Shown: positions 39,773 to 53,120 of the stretch, piece after piece | Layout: each line of letters starts with the position of its first letter | Numbering within the stretch: position 1 is the stretch's first letter | NCBI GenBank assembly: GCA_028534125.1 | Contig: CM052817.1 | Location: forward strand, 53,322,001-53,386,000 | Direction: 5' to 3' | Source: Lama glama | Lineage: Eukaryota | DNA length: 64,000 bases | Program-made: the position numbers and the translations under genes | Notes under the pieces: model-generated | The model's input: only the letters and a program-made list of their open reading frames with translations | Told to the model about the DNA's origin: nothing | Database searches by the model: none

Positions 39773-40849
39773 GTCTATAATTTTTTTAACTCTCTCTGTT
39801 CTCTTATATCTCTGTCCATTTATTCTTGCTGTTCTCTTTTACAGCAGTCCCCCTTTTCTCTTACCTGATCTCCTACTGAGGAGTTGAACTCCTATTCTTC
39901 CTTGAAGGTGAAAAATCTCACCTAAGGAGCATAATCCAATCTACCACTAAAAAAGGGAATCATCTTCTGCCTACTCGTATAGCACGTTAATCTTTATTAC
40001 AGCATTTTAAATGTTTTGCTCTGCAACAAAAGCAAATATTGTATTTTTATCTATTTCCTAAACAGACACTAAAAGGATATGATCCTACTTAACATAGTGC
40101 TTTACCAGTAGAAAACACTGAGTGTTTCTCAAATTTACCTTTGACCCATTGTTCATTCTGATAGTTAGAGAAATGAGCACACTTAACTGGCCTCAAATGT
40201 TTTCCAATAAAATGCTGTCTCTTTTTAAAGAATAAATGTGCTTTTTAGATTACCAAGAGATAAACTGAATTGATATTTCACAATATTTGTTAATATTATG
40301 TTTACCTACCAGCCTCCATCAGTTGATTCCAATTTTCTTGAGGATAGATATCATCCCAGTGCATAGAACAATTTCAGAGGCATAAAAGGATGCAGATTCT
40401 GTTTACCTAATCTATTGAATTACGATGAAATAATAGTTATATTTTATTCTCTCTCTCAGCAAAGGACAATGACACAAGGGCTAATATATCATTTATTTCT
40501 CTGGCTGTGATACACAAATTCAAGTATGAGTCAAAATGATGTTTCTTCTAGAATTACATTAGGTTGCTTGTGAAAACTATGTAACCACTAATGGAGCTGA
40601 CACCTAGGTATATTCACATTAAGTTTAGAGATGTGGGCTTTGATTGAAGTTTCTTGAGTAGAAAGGGAAAATAACTGATGGTACTTTTTTTTTTAATATT
40701 GGTGACTGCTTTTACTTTGCATAATATATCATTGGTCTTGCAGAAATATAACCGTAAACAGCCCTGGTCTTCATTTAGGACACTTGTGCTACTCTGCATC
40801 AAATGTCCTCCAAGAAATTATCTAATCATTATTCTCCTCCCTTTCAATA

Positions 40850-41070
40850 ATAATGGTTATCATTATGTATGTATTCATCTCTTACCCTGGACTAGACATT
40901 GTATCAATTCCTTTATATAGATTATCTTCTTTAATATTCACCAAAACCCCCAAACACATAATTTATCTCATGTTAAACATTGAGACACAGACAAGTAACT
41001 TGCCTAAGATCCCACCACTAGTTAGTGGTAGAGCTAGAGTCTGAACACAGGCAGACTGTTTTCCTAGAAA
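40850..41070 (-). mobile_element. MIR SINE
   Basis: aagtaacttgcctaagatcccaccactagttagtggtagagctagagtctgaacacaggcagactg. Confidence 0.75.
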
Positions 41071-42418
41071 ACACTGTCTCCCTTTTATTAGTTCCAAATT
41101 TCATGTAAATACCAAAATACACAGAATACAAAATAAAGACAGTGATCCTTAGAACTACTCCAAGCTCAGGACTCCATGGTTAGAGGCACATTACTTCATT
41201 TTCTTCTACCTAGCTCTTCACTCCTCTCCTTAACCCAGCTCTTCAGTCTTCTCCTCCCTCTCACATTTCACTTCTAAATACTCAATAATTAAATTAACTT
41301 TTAGGGATTCACAGTGGAAAATGTGGCAGTTAATTACTCTTGGGTTATCTCAAAATCATGGCTAAAAATTACTTAAATTTTACAAAAGTAATCATGCAAT
41401 ATGTTACACAATAGATACAGAACCTCTGGAGAATGAAAAGGACACCTATGTCCATACCAGACAGATAAACAGAACTATCTACTAGGTGCCACACTTCAAT
41501 AAACAGATCATTTACACCAAATATACAGAATTATGTATCACAGTCTTGCTCTTTCCAGTCCCCAATGTAATAGCTCCTTTGGCTTGATACAATTCCATGA
41601 AGTGTTCCTTATAGAACCATTCTTGGAAACATTATTGCTAGAAAATCTAATCAAGTTGGCAAAGTATTAAAAAAAAGTAATAGATGGTGCTCATATATCA
41701 AAGATTTCTTCAAAGAACACTCTCTTAAAGTACATTACATACAGGAGAGTTGCATTCTCACTTGATCTTTTGTGCCCAGTGTTTCTTGTTTGCTTCTTTG
41801 AAACAGTAGTAGCATCACCACCAAGAATTACAGAATCAGCTTGCAGGCAAGGAATGAACAATATTTTTTCTTCTCTCAAAACTACTTACTGTACCTGTAT
41901 TGTTATAGAATCTTGAACGAAATCTTTGGCATTCAATATTCTCAATAATGTCATTGAGACAAGCAGATCCTGGCTATTAAAATGATAGCATAGTTTTTAG
42001 ACTTTTTAAGGAAAAATAATACTCTGCATTGTGTCAGTGACTCAGCACATAGATAAATTTTGGGAGACCATACTAATTTTGAAAAAGAAAACCATATAAA
42101 CATGGGTAGTGGGTTAGTTTAGCAGTTTGTCTCTACATGCTTTCACAGTAGTTATTTCCCTACTGTACCCCATTTATTACTTCACCCTCTTTCTTACTCC
42201 AACTTCCCCTTCCATTTCTTACCAAAAGAATTTATCCTGATCAATTTAGGTTATTCTCTAAATGTGTGCTTCTTCCCTGAATATAGGGGGAAAAAATAAA
42301 GAAAGAAACAAAAAAAGAAAATGCCTGATGCAGATCAAAACTAGTAGCAAGCACTATCAATTCAGACTCTTAGGAATTTTTGGAATATAGAATTAATGCA
42401 TCAATACATGCATTCATT

Positions 42419-43299
42419 GAAAAATGCTCAGTTATCACTAATTATCAGAGAAATGCAAAGCAAAACTACAGTGAGATATCACCTCACACCAATTAGAATG
42501 GCCATCATTCAAAAATCAACAAACAATAAATGCTGGGGAGGTTGTGGAGAAAAGGGAACCCTCATACACTGTTAGTGGGAATGTAGTTTTGTGTGGCCAT
42601 TATGGAAAACAGTGTGGAGATTCCTCAAAGAACTAAAAATAGACTCACCAAATGATCCACCAATCTCACTCCTGGGCATATATTTGGAGGGAATTCTAAT
42701 TCAAAAAGATACACGTACCCCAATGTTCATAGCAACACTATAAACAATAGCCAAGACATGGAAACAACCTAAATGTCCATCAACAGATGACTGGATAAAG
42801 AAGTTGTGGTACAGTTATACAATGGAATACTACTCAGCCATAAAAAATAAAATAATGTCATTTGCAGCAACATGGATGGACCTGGAGATTGTCATTCTAA
42901 GTGAAATAATCCAGAAAGAGAAAGAAAAATACTATATGATATCACTTATATGTGGAATCTAAAACAAACCAAAAAAAAAGACACAGATGAACTTATTTAC
43001 AAAGCAGACAGATTCACAGACATAGAAAAAAACTTATGGCTACTGGGGAATAGAGGGTGGGAAGGGATAAATTGGGAATTTGAGATTTACAGATACTAAC
43101 TACTATATATAAAATGGACAAAAAACAAGTTCCTTCTGTATAGCACAGGGAACTATATTCAGTATCTTGTAGTAACCTATAATGAAAAAGAATATGAAAA
43201 TGAATATATGTATGTACATGTATGACTGCAACGTTTGCTGCACAACAGAAATTGACACAACATTGTAAACTGACTATATACTACAATAAAAAAGATAAG
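42419..43299 (+). mobile_element. 5'-truncated lineage-specific L1 (ORF2 end plus 3' UTR) with TSD
   Basis: gaaaaatgctcagttatcactaattatcagagaaatgcaa...caataaaaaaga; TSD aatacatgcattcatt (42403-42418) / aatacatgcactcatt (43300-43315). Confidence 0.95.
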
Positions 43300-46200
43300 A
43301 ATACATGCACTCATTCATTCAACCAACAAATATTTATTGACCCAGACATGTAATAGATATTAGAATACCTCTGTGAAAAAGACATAATCCTATGTAACTT
43401 ACAAACACTGACTATTGTATGTTCCTCTACTATCCTGACACTAGTTGTTCCTTTTATCCTTCAATAATTATTCTTACTTCTCAGTGCAACTACGTGCTAA
43501 AACTCTTGTGTTTCTATGATCTATACTAAGAAAGACACACTACACTGACAGGAACAAAGCAATAATTAATTCACCTTCTTAACTGCCTTACTCAAATCAC
43601 TAATATTTATCTTTAAAAATAAAGATTACAGATAATTTTAGCACACTGCAATTATGTTATCAACTAATTATTTAAAAATAATACAAAAAATTTTGCATAA
43701 GTCCCATCTATTTTCAGCATTTGAAGTTCATATCTTCTGCATCTGTGGCATCATGACAGATGGTATGTTTCCTTAAATAATTTTTTTAATATGAAATGTG
43801 TGCTAAATGTGGATAACCTGCTTACTCTCTTCTAAACCACAGTTTTATGAGTTTTCTGTCCAAAGTTTAATTAGCTCTTCCATACTCTGTCCCTATTTCA
43901 AATTGTAGTTATTTCCATTTTCATTTGGGTTAAGAAAAAGGTTGCGATGTATGTTTAAAATATTAGCTCGTCACTAAAGAGTAGAACTGCTTCCTGTGTT
44001 CTGCCAAGGAGAGTAAATTGCTTGGAACAATGTCAACACTGAAAAACTGTCAATAACTTTTTTGGCTCCTGTTGTTCAAAACATTTTATTAGTATTTGAT
44101 CGCTGTTTTTAAAACAGACCAAAACACACTTAGGATTTATAGACTTTGGAAACACATGATTGCATGTTAAGCCAAAATCCTTTTCTTTCTCATTATATCA
44201 ATTCCATTCAAAAGTATGAATCCATATTTGAACCTCTGACATTATATTTTTTCGATATAAGGTATGTCCCACCTGGATCCCATCCAGAGAGCCTTAATAA
44301 TCAAATGTATCTCATAATGTTGAGGAAAAAGCATACAACCAAGATTTTGGAGACTTAGATCCAACCATCTTGGCAGTTAGAATTCCTTAGGTCTTAGTTC
44401 TGAAAAATATGGAGATAATTTCTGGCTTATCTATTTCAAAGGGTTGTTGTTAATACACAACGAAATCAAAGTCTAAATTAACTTTTACAAATTACAGATA
44501 AGTGCTTTTGTGTTACAGACACCCAATGTCAATAAAAAATGTGCCAAAGAATCTTAAGATAATTGAACAATTTTATTAAAACACATCAAAATGTGTTAAG
44601 TGCAAAGAACAAGGCAGAAATGTGTATATATAGTACATATGCTTAGAAATAACAGAAGGAAATACACTAAAATGTGAACTGTGGTCCTCTCCAGGTAAGG
44701 TATATTAAGGTGAGGACCACAAATATTATTCTTTTTTAATCTTATCCACTTTCTTCAAATTTTCAATAGTGAATATACCTTAGTTTTCTAAGAAAAATAT
44801 CAATGTAAAACTTGACAATTAGCTTTTTTCACTTATATTTCACTTGATTTGCTAACAGTGAATATATAATTTAAACTGTTTATCTCTATTACTTTAATAG
44901 TTTAAAGCAATTAATACTTATTGATTGGATTATGTACACTGAAGTAGTCACAATCTTAGCTCTGAATACCCTTCCAATATATTATCTACATCTCCCACCC
45001 ATTATGAAATGAAGAGAAATATTTTCTATCCTACACAGTTTTTAAGAAATAGTTTTCATGATTATCTCTCTCTTTTCTCCTTCTATATTAAAATTTTACT
45101 CTATATCTTATTTTATTTTCCATGTGAATAGCTTTTCTTAATTTAGATTTTTCCTCCAGAGTGTGCCATGCTTTTTAGCTCTTTATACCATGCCTGAAGT
45201 TAGCCAGGAAGAGTAACTGATGTCTTCCATGCTCCTGGGAACCACAGACAAACTAAAGTCAACGTCTCTACTCCTGTAACTCATGGATAATGATAAAATG
45301 ACTCTCTTACTGAAAAACAATTTAAAAATGTGAATCGAGAACTTAATTTTGTATATGATGTCATCCTGAAAAGTACGTATAACAAGTGTGAAATAATTTT
45401 AAATAGTTCTACAGTGTTAACAGAATTGAAAATTGAAATCAGCCTGTGTCCCTATATTATCTCCACCTTATTGTAATAACCTCAAACACTAAAAGTGTTG
45501 TTGAAATTAAAGTTCAGTGCTGTAGACTTTAGGTCTTTTTCTTATAATCTTATATTAGGAGTTCAAGGTTTCAAGAGCAAAAACAGTTGGAAAATAGAAT
45601 TTTTGATGGTAAGAAAGGGAATTTTTCCCCTAATGTCCACCATAGAAAATATTTTAGAATAGGAAAAAGAAGTTGAAATGTAACTCATGCATTCCTTTTA
45701 TTAATACTCCTCTTCCCTCTCATATAAGTTCCATGAAAAGCAGTGGATTAACTCTCTCAATGGTACCCGTGTTCCCACACTAAAGTTAATTGAACTTAAA
45801 AGACAAGTCTTTCAATACTCTGATCTCATTCTAAGGTTACAGAGTGCACTGACTAATGAATGAATAAGGCACTTTGAAAACCATCTAAAATACAATATAC
45901 AATTATCCACCATTAGGGGAACATATCGGAGGGTTTTACTTTCATTTTTTAAAAACTTGACTTCAGGCCAGTTCCTCATTTTACTTTATTTTTCTCATCT
46001 TGCTCTGGCTTGCGTTCAGAACTCTCATTGACTTCCAGAAGGATCTTTGCATTTGGCTCAGCATCAATAGTAGAAAACTACATATTGAACAGATCTTTAC
46101 TGCTTCTGAATATCTCTAAAATAATAATGTTCCACCTTCATTGGCTATCCCACAATGTATTTTTCATCATCAACATCAAACAGTGCAAGTGACTCGGTAC

Positions 46201-46846
46201 AAAATATTTTACAAAATGAATTCAGAGTATAAAGAAGTTTGCTTACTCTTTCATGGAATTTTCCTTAAGTTTTCTATTATTGAGTATATAGTATGTCATG
46301 TGATCCTCATAACATTTTGTGAAATGTTTAGTGTAGATGCAAGGTTCTCCATTGTGCAGAAGAGAAAATGCAGAATAGAATTATTAGCCATTGAAAAATA
46401 AGTCCTGCTTCCATCAGCAGTCTCTGTGCTCCACACTTCTGGAAGGTTTCAGCATTATTCAAGGGAGTGTTGCACATCCTTATAGTGTACCAAGTATTGT
46501 CTGTAGAGTGAAAGTCTTCTCACACATGTATGTGCTATAATTTTAAAATATGTTTAGGTATCATCTTGATTAATGCCATAGGCCAGTTATACAGTATTAG
46601 TATAGTCACAATATTTTTGTATTATGTAAAATCTCATTCAGTGGCATAAAAGAACAATTCTTCTTATATACAATTTTATTCAAAATTATTTTCCAGTATA
46701 AAAGAAAAGTCTTAATGTGTAAAGACTTTGAAAAGTACTGAACTAGCCCATGCTGCTAGAGAAAGTGGTACTAAGGGAATAAAGCAGGTTACTCAAGAAG
46801 ATGGGTTAAGGCATAATTGAAGTTAGCAAATTTGCTTCTAAGAAAC

Positions 46847-46850
46847 TGTA

Positions 46851-46890
<40 letters not shown>
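46847..46890. repeat. Compound (TG)n(TA)n microsatellite
   Basis: Seen directly. Confidence 0.95.
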
Positions 46891-48849
46891 GAACAGATAC
46901 AGACTAACTACTGAGGCTGTCAAAAGAAATTCTATATTCAAATACACTTTTACTGGATCTATTTTTTCCAAAAGAGGTGTTATATACTACATCACACCCA
47001 ACTGAGACTTTTCCCAAAGAGACCCTAGCCCCAAATCAAGGGAGCTTAGCCTTAGAGAATAAATTTAAGCAGAAGTAATAGTCCTTACCTTTAAGTGTGA
47101 GATTGCAAAGACTCGTCAGTAAAGTCCTGAAAGGTGCCATTCTAGGAGCCATGCTTCACTGTCTCAGTAAAAGATACACTGTGAAAAGAAGGGGGGTTTT
47201 CTCATTATGAATGCAGTACTTTCAATAGCTATGACAGTAACATGAATAAGAAGCCATCAGTATTTCTGAGTGAAGAAAGCTAGCATATTTGAGAGAATCT
47301 ACAAGTTAGAATCCTCTAATTTATTAATAAAATATTGGTTGAATCGGTCTAAATTTCCACTTCTAATACTATAGTATGAAAGGAAGAGAAAAATCAGAGA
47401 TCCAATAGATCCTGAAAAAAGAGTCCTTGTGGATGAGAAGAAACAATGGAAAGTAGAGACAAAGGATATTGATTTTCATTTCCTAAAGGGAAATAGCATT
47501 CCTCCACTTCCCATATAGAGACAATGCTGTTTTCTGGTTATAGTACCTTCTCAGCCTTAAACCTGGTTCTGACTCCACGTATGCCTTGAAAAAAGTACAA
47601 TACTTCAGTTCGTATGCCCCCCACCACCACACATACACAAACACACACACACATACAACAACAACAAAACTGGAGTCTGTTTGCTGTTAGTTTCTTTGTC
47701 GGGGCAGCAGGAGCCTCTTAGCTCTTTTCTATTTGGAGATATAACCAAGATTAAAAATGAAAGCAAACAAGTAAGAGTTCCTGGTCACCCTAACAATCCA
47801 GATGTGGACCTAACCATTGGGATCTGGTTTGAATATTTGGTTATTGATAAAGTGATACTAACTGCTAATGTTTGGAAGGCATAAAACAAATCTAACTGTA
47901 ATTGGGAGATAGTATGTCAATTGACAGAAAAATTAAGCAACCTTTAATAAAAACAAATAAGTAATATTGTCATTGATTGATAAAATCAGTTCTGTTGACC
48001 AATATTTCTCAACTTCATATCTTACAGTATTGCAAAGTACTTTTTGTTCTCTTTGTTTTCTACAAGATTTGATAGAAAGAGTACAATAATTTGCCATTGT
48101 CTTTAGTAACTTTGGATATGGATCTTTATCAGATGGGTGAGAATTAGATGAAATCCATTTTCACATTTAAGATCTGCCAAAGAAAGGAGTATTTGGGGAG
48201 ATTTAATGTTTCTTTCCTGTTAGGCAAAAGGTTAAGTTCATAGAACCACAATAAATATTATAAGTCTAAAACTGCCACTGAGCATTTAATCAGAGCTAAA
48301 GATGACACTTACAGTATGATATTCAAAACAGTGTAATTATCATTATGCCACATCTATAACAAGATCTATTCAGGCATTACAGCTATATAATGAGGTCATA
48401 ATGACTAATACTACTAATAATAATAACCACAGTTAATACATAATTTCAAGAGACAGCCATGCTTTGGTTCATGCTGTGGCATTCTTATTAAAAAGGAAGT
48501 CCCAAAATAATTTAGAAATTATAAGGTTGATGTGTAGAAATGACAGGGCATGAATTACCTCACTGGTAGCAGAGCTCAAGTCCATGACTAATATGTCTAC
48601 TCTTTCCACCAGAAATATTATCAAATTGTTGATTTTCTTCTTGTTCCCAATAATTATTAAGGAAAAATGTGAACAAGGGGCTTCTAAGGAAACATTTTGA
48701 CCTTTACAATATAAAAGTGGACTTATAACAAGAAACTCATCTAGATATTTCTCCCTTGTCTTCTCTATAAAACAAAAGCTTTTAACATGTGGAAGGAGGG
48801 GTAACAAACACCGTTGCCCATACTGCATGAGTCAAATTTCAATGCAACT

Positions 48850-49850
48850 GTGGGATGAAAGAGGGAAAAAATTCAAAATCTAGAGGAAAGGAAGAAATAC
48901 ATGCTGGGTTCAGAAGTATGCCCAGAAAGAATCAGAACCACTAGCCTACACCCCAAGTTCCTAAAATACAGAAGTTATCTGAAACAGAGGCTTCATTTGA
49001 ACAACAGAGAATGCCTCACAAGTTCTCCTTCTTTTATCAAATACTGAGTATAAAGTAACTTGTGAAAGACAGATCTTCTCTGAGCCCTAGTCAAATGAGG
49101 AAACTTAAAGCTAAAAGGAGAGCAATCATCAGAAAACCAAATCTAGCAAACCATCTCCCATACCAAACACAAGGTATCACTAGAGGTATTTGAAGCCAGT
49201 GATGTACTGTAGGAGAATAATGATGCAAGCAATAAACCTCAAACCTAACTCAACTTCAAAATTAGATTGTATCACACCCTGCCCAACAACAAAAGGAAAA
49301 CATTTCCAGATGTAACGTCTATGTCCTTCACTTCTCTCTGTCCTATAAATGATGTCTAGCTTTCAGCAAAAATTTATGAGAAATATTAAATAGCAAGGAA
49401 AAAAATTACTCCTAAGAGACAAATCAATCATCAGAACCGGATACATGTATACCACAGATGCTGGAATTATTGCATAGGGAATTTTAAATAGCTATAATTA
49501 AAATGTTAAATGCTCTAAAGGAAAAATGAACAACGTGTAGCATCAGATAGGCAATTTCAAAAGAGAAATGGAACCTGTAAGAAAGAACCAAATGGAAATG
49601 CAAACATGGTAGAAAGAGATGAAGAATGAAGTCTTTCAAGACTTCCTGCTGTAAAAATATGCTTAAAAAGATTGTCCAGCACAAAGACAGTACCACTGCT
49701 CAGAGATGTGCAGGAGTGAGAGAACCAACCAGGGATTATCTCCCACAGTTCAAATTAGAATGACTATGCAATGGTTCTACAGAGAGTCAAAATATTATTG
49801 TATCATTCTCTGTACTTTTATTATGAATGTTTAAAATATTTCATAGCTTA
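48850..49850 (+). mobile_element. Ancient L1 5'/ORF1 fragments plus a short 3'-end fragment
   Basis: aaatgatgtctagctttcagcaaaaatttatgaga...gagacaaatcaatcatcagaaccgg...cagatgctggaattat...gggaattttaaatagctataattaaaatgttaaatgctcta. Confidence 0.65.
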
Positions 49851-50729
49851 AAATAATGTTTAAAGCATATAATTGTTTTAAGGCAATATTTAAACTCTCC
49901 TACATTTTTCTAAATGGGACAGTAGTGCAACATCTATCAATCAAGAGATTTGCAGTCCAGTGCTAGAATCCCTTTGGGAAATTAAACTTGACATTCCATG
50001 TCAGGACCTGACCTTGAGCCACCAGTGTTTAAAAACAAGCTGTATCAGCTACAGTTTACCAAAATAATGAACCAGACGACTTTTAAGTTTAATCAATCCA
50101 CTCAGATACAACTGAATTAACTGTGAAGATGTGTATTTGTAAATATATATATGCACCATACTTTTGTTAACCTATTTGACAGCAATAGAGATCTATCTAT
50201 TAACTAAATTAAAAAATGCAAAAAATACTTAAGGACTGGTTTATGTTTTATGTGTAATCAGAGCCATCATATACTTTTATATATATATACACATATATGT
50301 GTGTATGCTACATATATGAGCTGTGTACATATCAGCATAATATACAGATTAAGAAATAGAGGTTCCATTGTTTTTAAATTGTTTATTGACATTCTTTCAA
50401 GTTATACTACATCTTTTTCTTATCAGTTATATAAATATATAATTAAAATACATGTAACATGTAATTTTAAAAAATGATATATAATAAAGAGGAATATATA
50501 AGAGTTTAAATATAAGGGATGATGTCAATAACACATACATAATAGGTTAATTTCTTTATATAATCTCTATTGTATGCATATGTACATCTATATTTGTATA
50601 TAGATGTTGGCATAATCAATCTATATATAGATAAATATAAAGAGATTCAATACTTTTAAATTGGCCCTTGACATTCCTACAAGGGTTATATTATTTACAA
50701 AGATACACACAAATATATATATATACACA

Positions 50730-51700
50730 TATATATATATGCATGCCTACATTTATACAATTATTCAATTGGTAGACATCATATAACATGGATATTTTCT
50801 CATTTTTGCTTCCATGAACAATTTGCAGTAAAATCCTTGTACAAATGTAGTTAAGAATGTGAATGTATAAACATACATACATATACACGCAAACACAAAA
50901 ATGATCAAGATTTTTAAAATTAAAAAACATCCACCAAGGAGAATTTATGGGTAAAATGTGCATATATTTTTAAAAATTTAAAGATATTAATAGCATAGAC
51001 CATTGAAATTGCAGGAAGGTGTTAAAAATTCCAGAGTAACAGACATATGTATAAAAATTTTTTTACTCACCTACTTTGCCATTGGAGGGGGAAGTGTAGT
51101 GACAAAGTCTTGTCACCAGATCTAGAACCTCAATCCTAGCAAATTGTTTCACAGAAAAATTATAGCAATTTACACTCCCAGTTGACGTGTGTGAACATAT
51201 TTATTTCTGTAAACAGCATCATCAGCCAATGGATGTTACTGTCTTTTTTTCCTCTGGCTTTACTGGTGAAAATTGTATTATGTTATTATTTTAACTTTTA
51301 TTTGCTTGACATTTAGTAAGACTGAACAAATTTTTATATATTTTACTGGTAAAGTAATTTCACTTATTTAAAATTATATATCAATTATATATTTTCTTTT
51401 AGGGTTAATTTATTCCTCATTGATTATAAGGAATTCTTGTTATATTATTCATACTGACTTTATTAGTCACTTTATTTGTGACTCATTTATGTTGTCCATT
51501 TCCATAAAAATATTTAATTTCAAGCATTTAAATATGTCTACATTTAGATGTATTAAGGATGTTTTATGGCTTTTCTCTTTCTATACACAGTTTCATTTAT
51601 TTGAATTACACATTTATGATCATAGAATTTTATCTTACTTTTTTACAAACTATCTCACAACCATATTTCGATGTTATGCATACCTCTTCATGAATATCAA
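50730..51700 (-). mobile_element. Decayed antisense L1 (L1ME-like) fragments
   Basis: T-rich, with tatagcaatttacactcccag, catcagccaatggatgttac and ttgattataaggaattcttgttatatt motifs. Confidence 0.5.
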
Positions 51701-52889
51701 TTATAACATCAGTCATGTTTTGAGAGAAGACGAATAGGATTAAACTATCTTGTAAGCTTCTGGAATGTACACACTGTGCGCACCCAGCTGAAAACAGAAC
51801 ATATGCATGCCAGGCCAAGACAAACTTTTGTTATGCAACTTGATAAACATAACTTATATTCTTGCCCAAGAGAGGGACCATCCCACCTCTGAAAGAATAT
51901 ATGCTAGCCAGGGTCAATTTTAATTTTCTAAAGACGGAAAAATGTTTAGGTCTGTTCAAGCAACCACATGTATAACTGAATTTCTTAAATTCTGCACCAC
52001 AAAGCATGGAGGATAAGATTTTAGCCAGGAATATTTTTAGAACAGATGTTGTTGGTTGTCTATCTTAAATTGTTCTATCAAATGTATGATTTTGAATAGT
52101 TATGCTTCTTGTATGGTCCTGCCAGGATGAGTCAGCTGCAAAATGTATCAACAGTTAGCTTAGTAAACTGAGTGAGTATCATTCACCATTTAAGATTGCA
52201 TACTATCTTCAAAGACAATAGTTTTCTTCCTTCCACTGCACTTTCTGGCACTAAAGAAAAAGATCATATGGTTTTCCAAAAAACTACTGGTTTAGAATAG
52301 AAAAACTATACCTCAATATAGAACAAGATATTTTCATATTTACTATAGCAATAGCATACAAATGCAGTTTTTGCTAAAAGCTTATCAGTATGTTTATAGT
52401 AATAAGCTTTAAATGGAAATAGGGTTCCTTGAATGTTTGTCAGACTGATGTTTATCACAAAACTCAAGGAAGAATAATCTCTTAAAAAATTGCTAAAGAA
52501 CACATGAAAGGAGAACTGAAGTAGTGTTTCATTTTATAACACTTGCACTGAAATCTGATAATTTGCAAGAACATTTTCACTCATTTTGATCTCATAGTAG
52601 TTTTTAAACTGTAAGCTTTGAAACACTTTTGCTAATCGTGAGTCAATGAAGAGCTGATATAATTGGATCCATAAATATTTTCTAACCATAGGAAAACACT
52701 GATAGCAGATTGATGAGTGTCAACGACAACACTTAGGATCTTGGCTATCATCAGCGTAAACTGAAAACACAAAAAAGAAAGAACAGCAGGAATGCTTTAA
52801 ACCATTTGGGCCTCTCATATATTTGGTAGATTTTCAAACTAGACTGGGAGCTTACTGAGGAAGAAATAGACCTGGAAATTTTTAAATTT

Positions 52890-53120
52890 TTAAATACTAA
52901 TACCTATTACATGTTTACATTATGCTGGAGCTCTACTAAGAATGTTATCTGTATATTGACTTTAATCCTGACAACAGCCAAATGTGATAGGCACTAATAT
53001 TAATCCATTTTTGCAGACAGGAAAAGGTAGACTTACACAGTTGGACAACTTCCGTAAAGGAATTCCAAAGCTAAATTATGAACTCACATCTGTCTGACTT
53101 CAAAATCCATACTTTTAACA
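52890..53120 (-). mobile_element. MIR SINE
   Basis: tttaatcctgacaacagcc...ataggcactaatattaatccatttttgcagacaggaaa...tgaactcacatctgtctgacttcaaaatcc. Confidence 0.75.
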
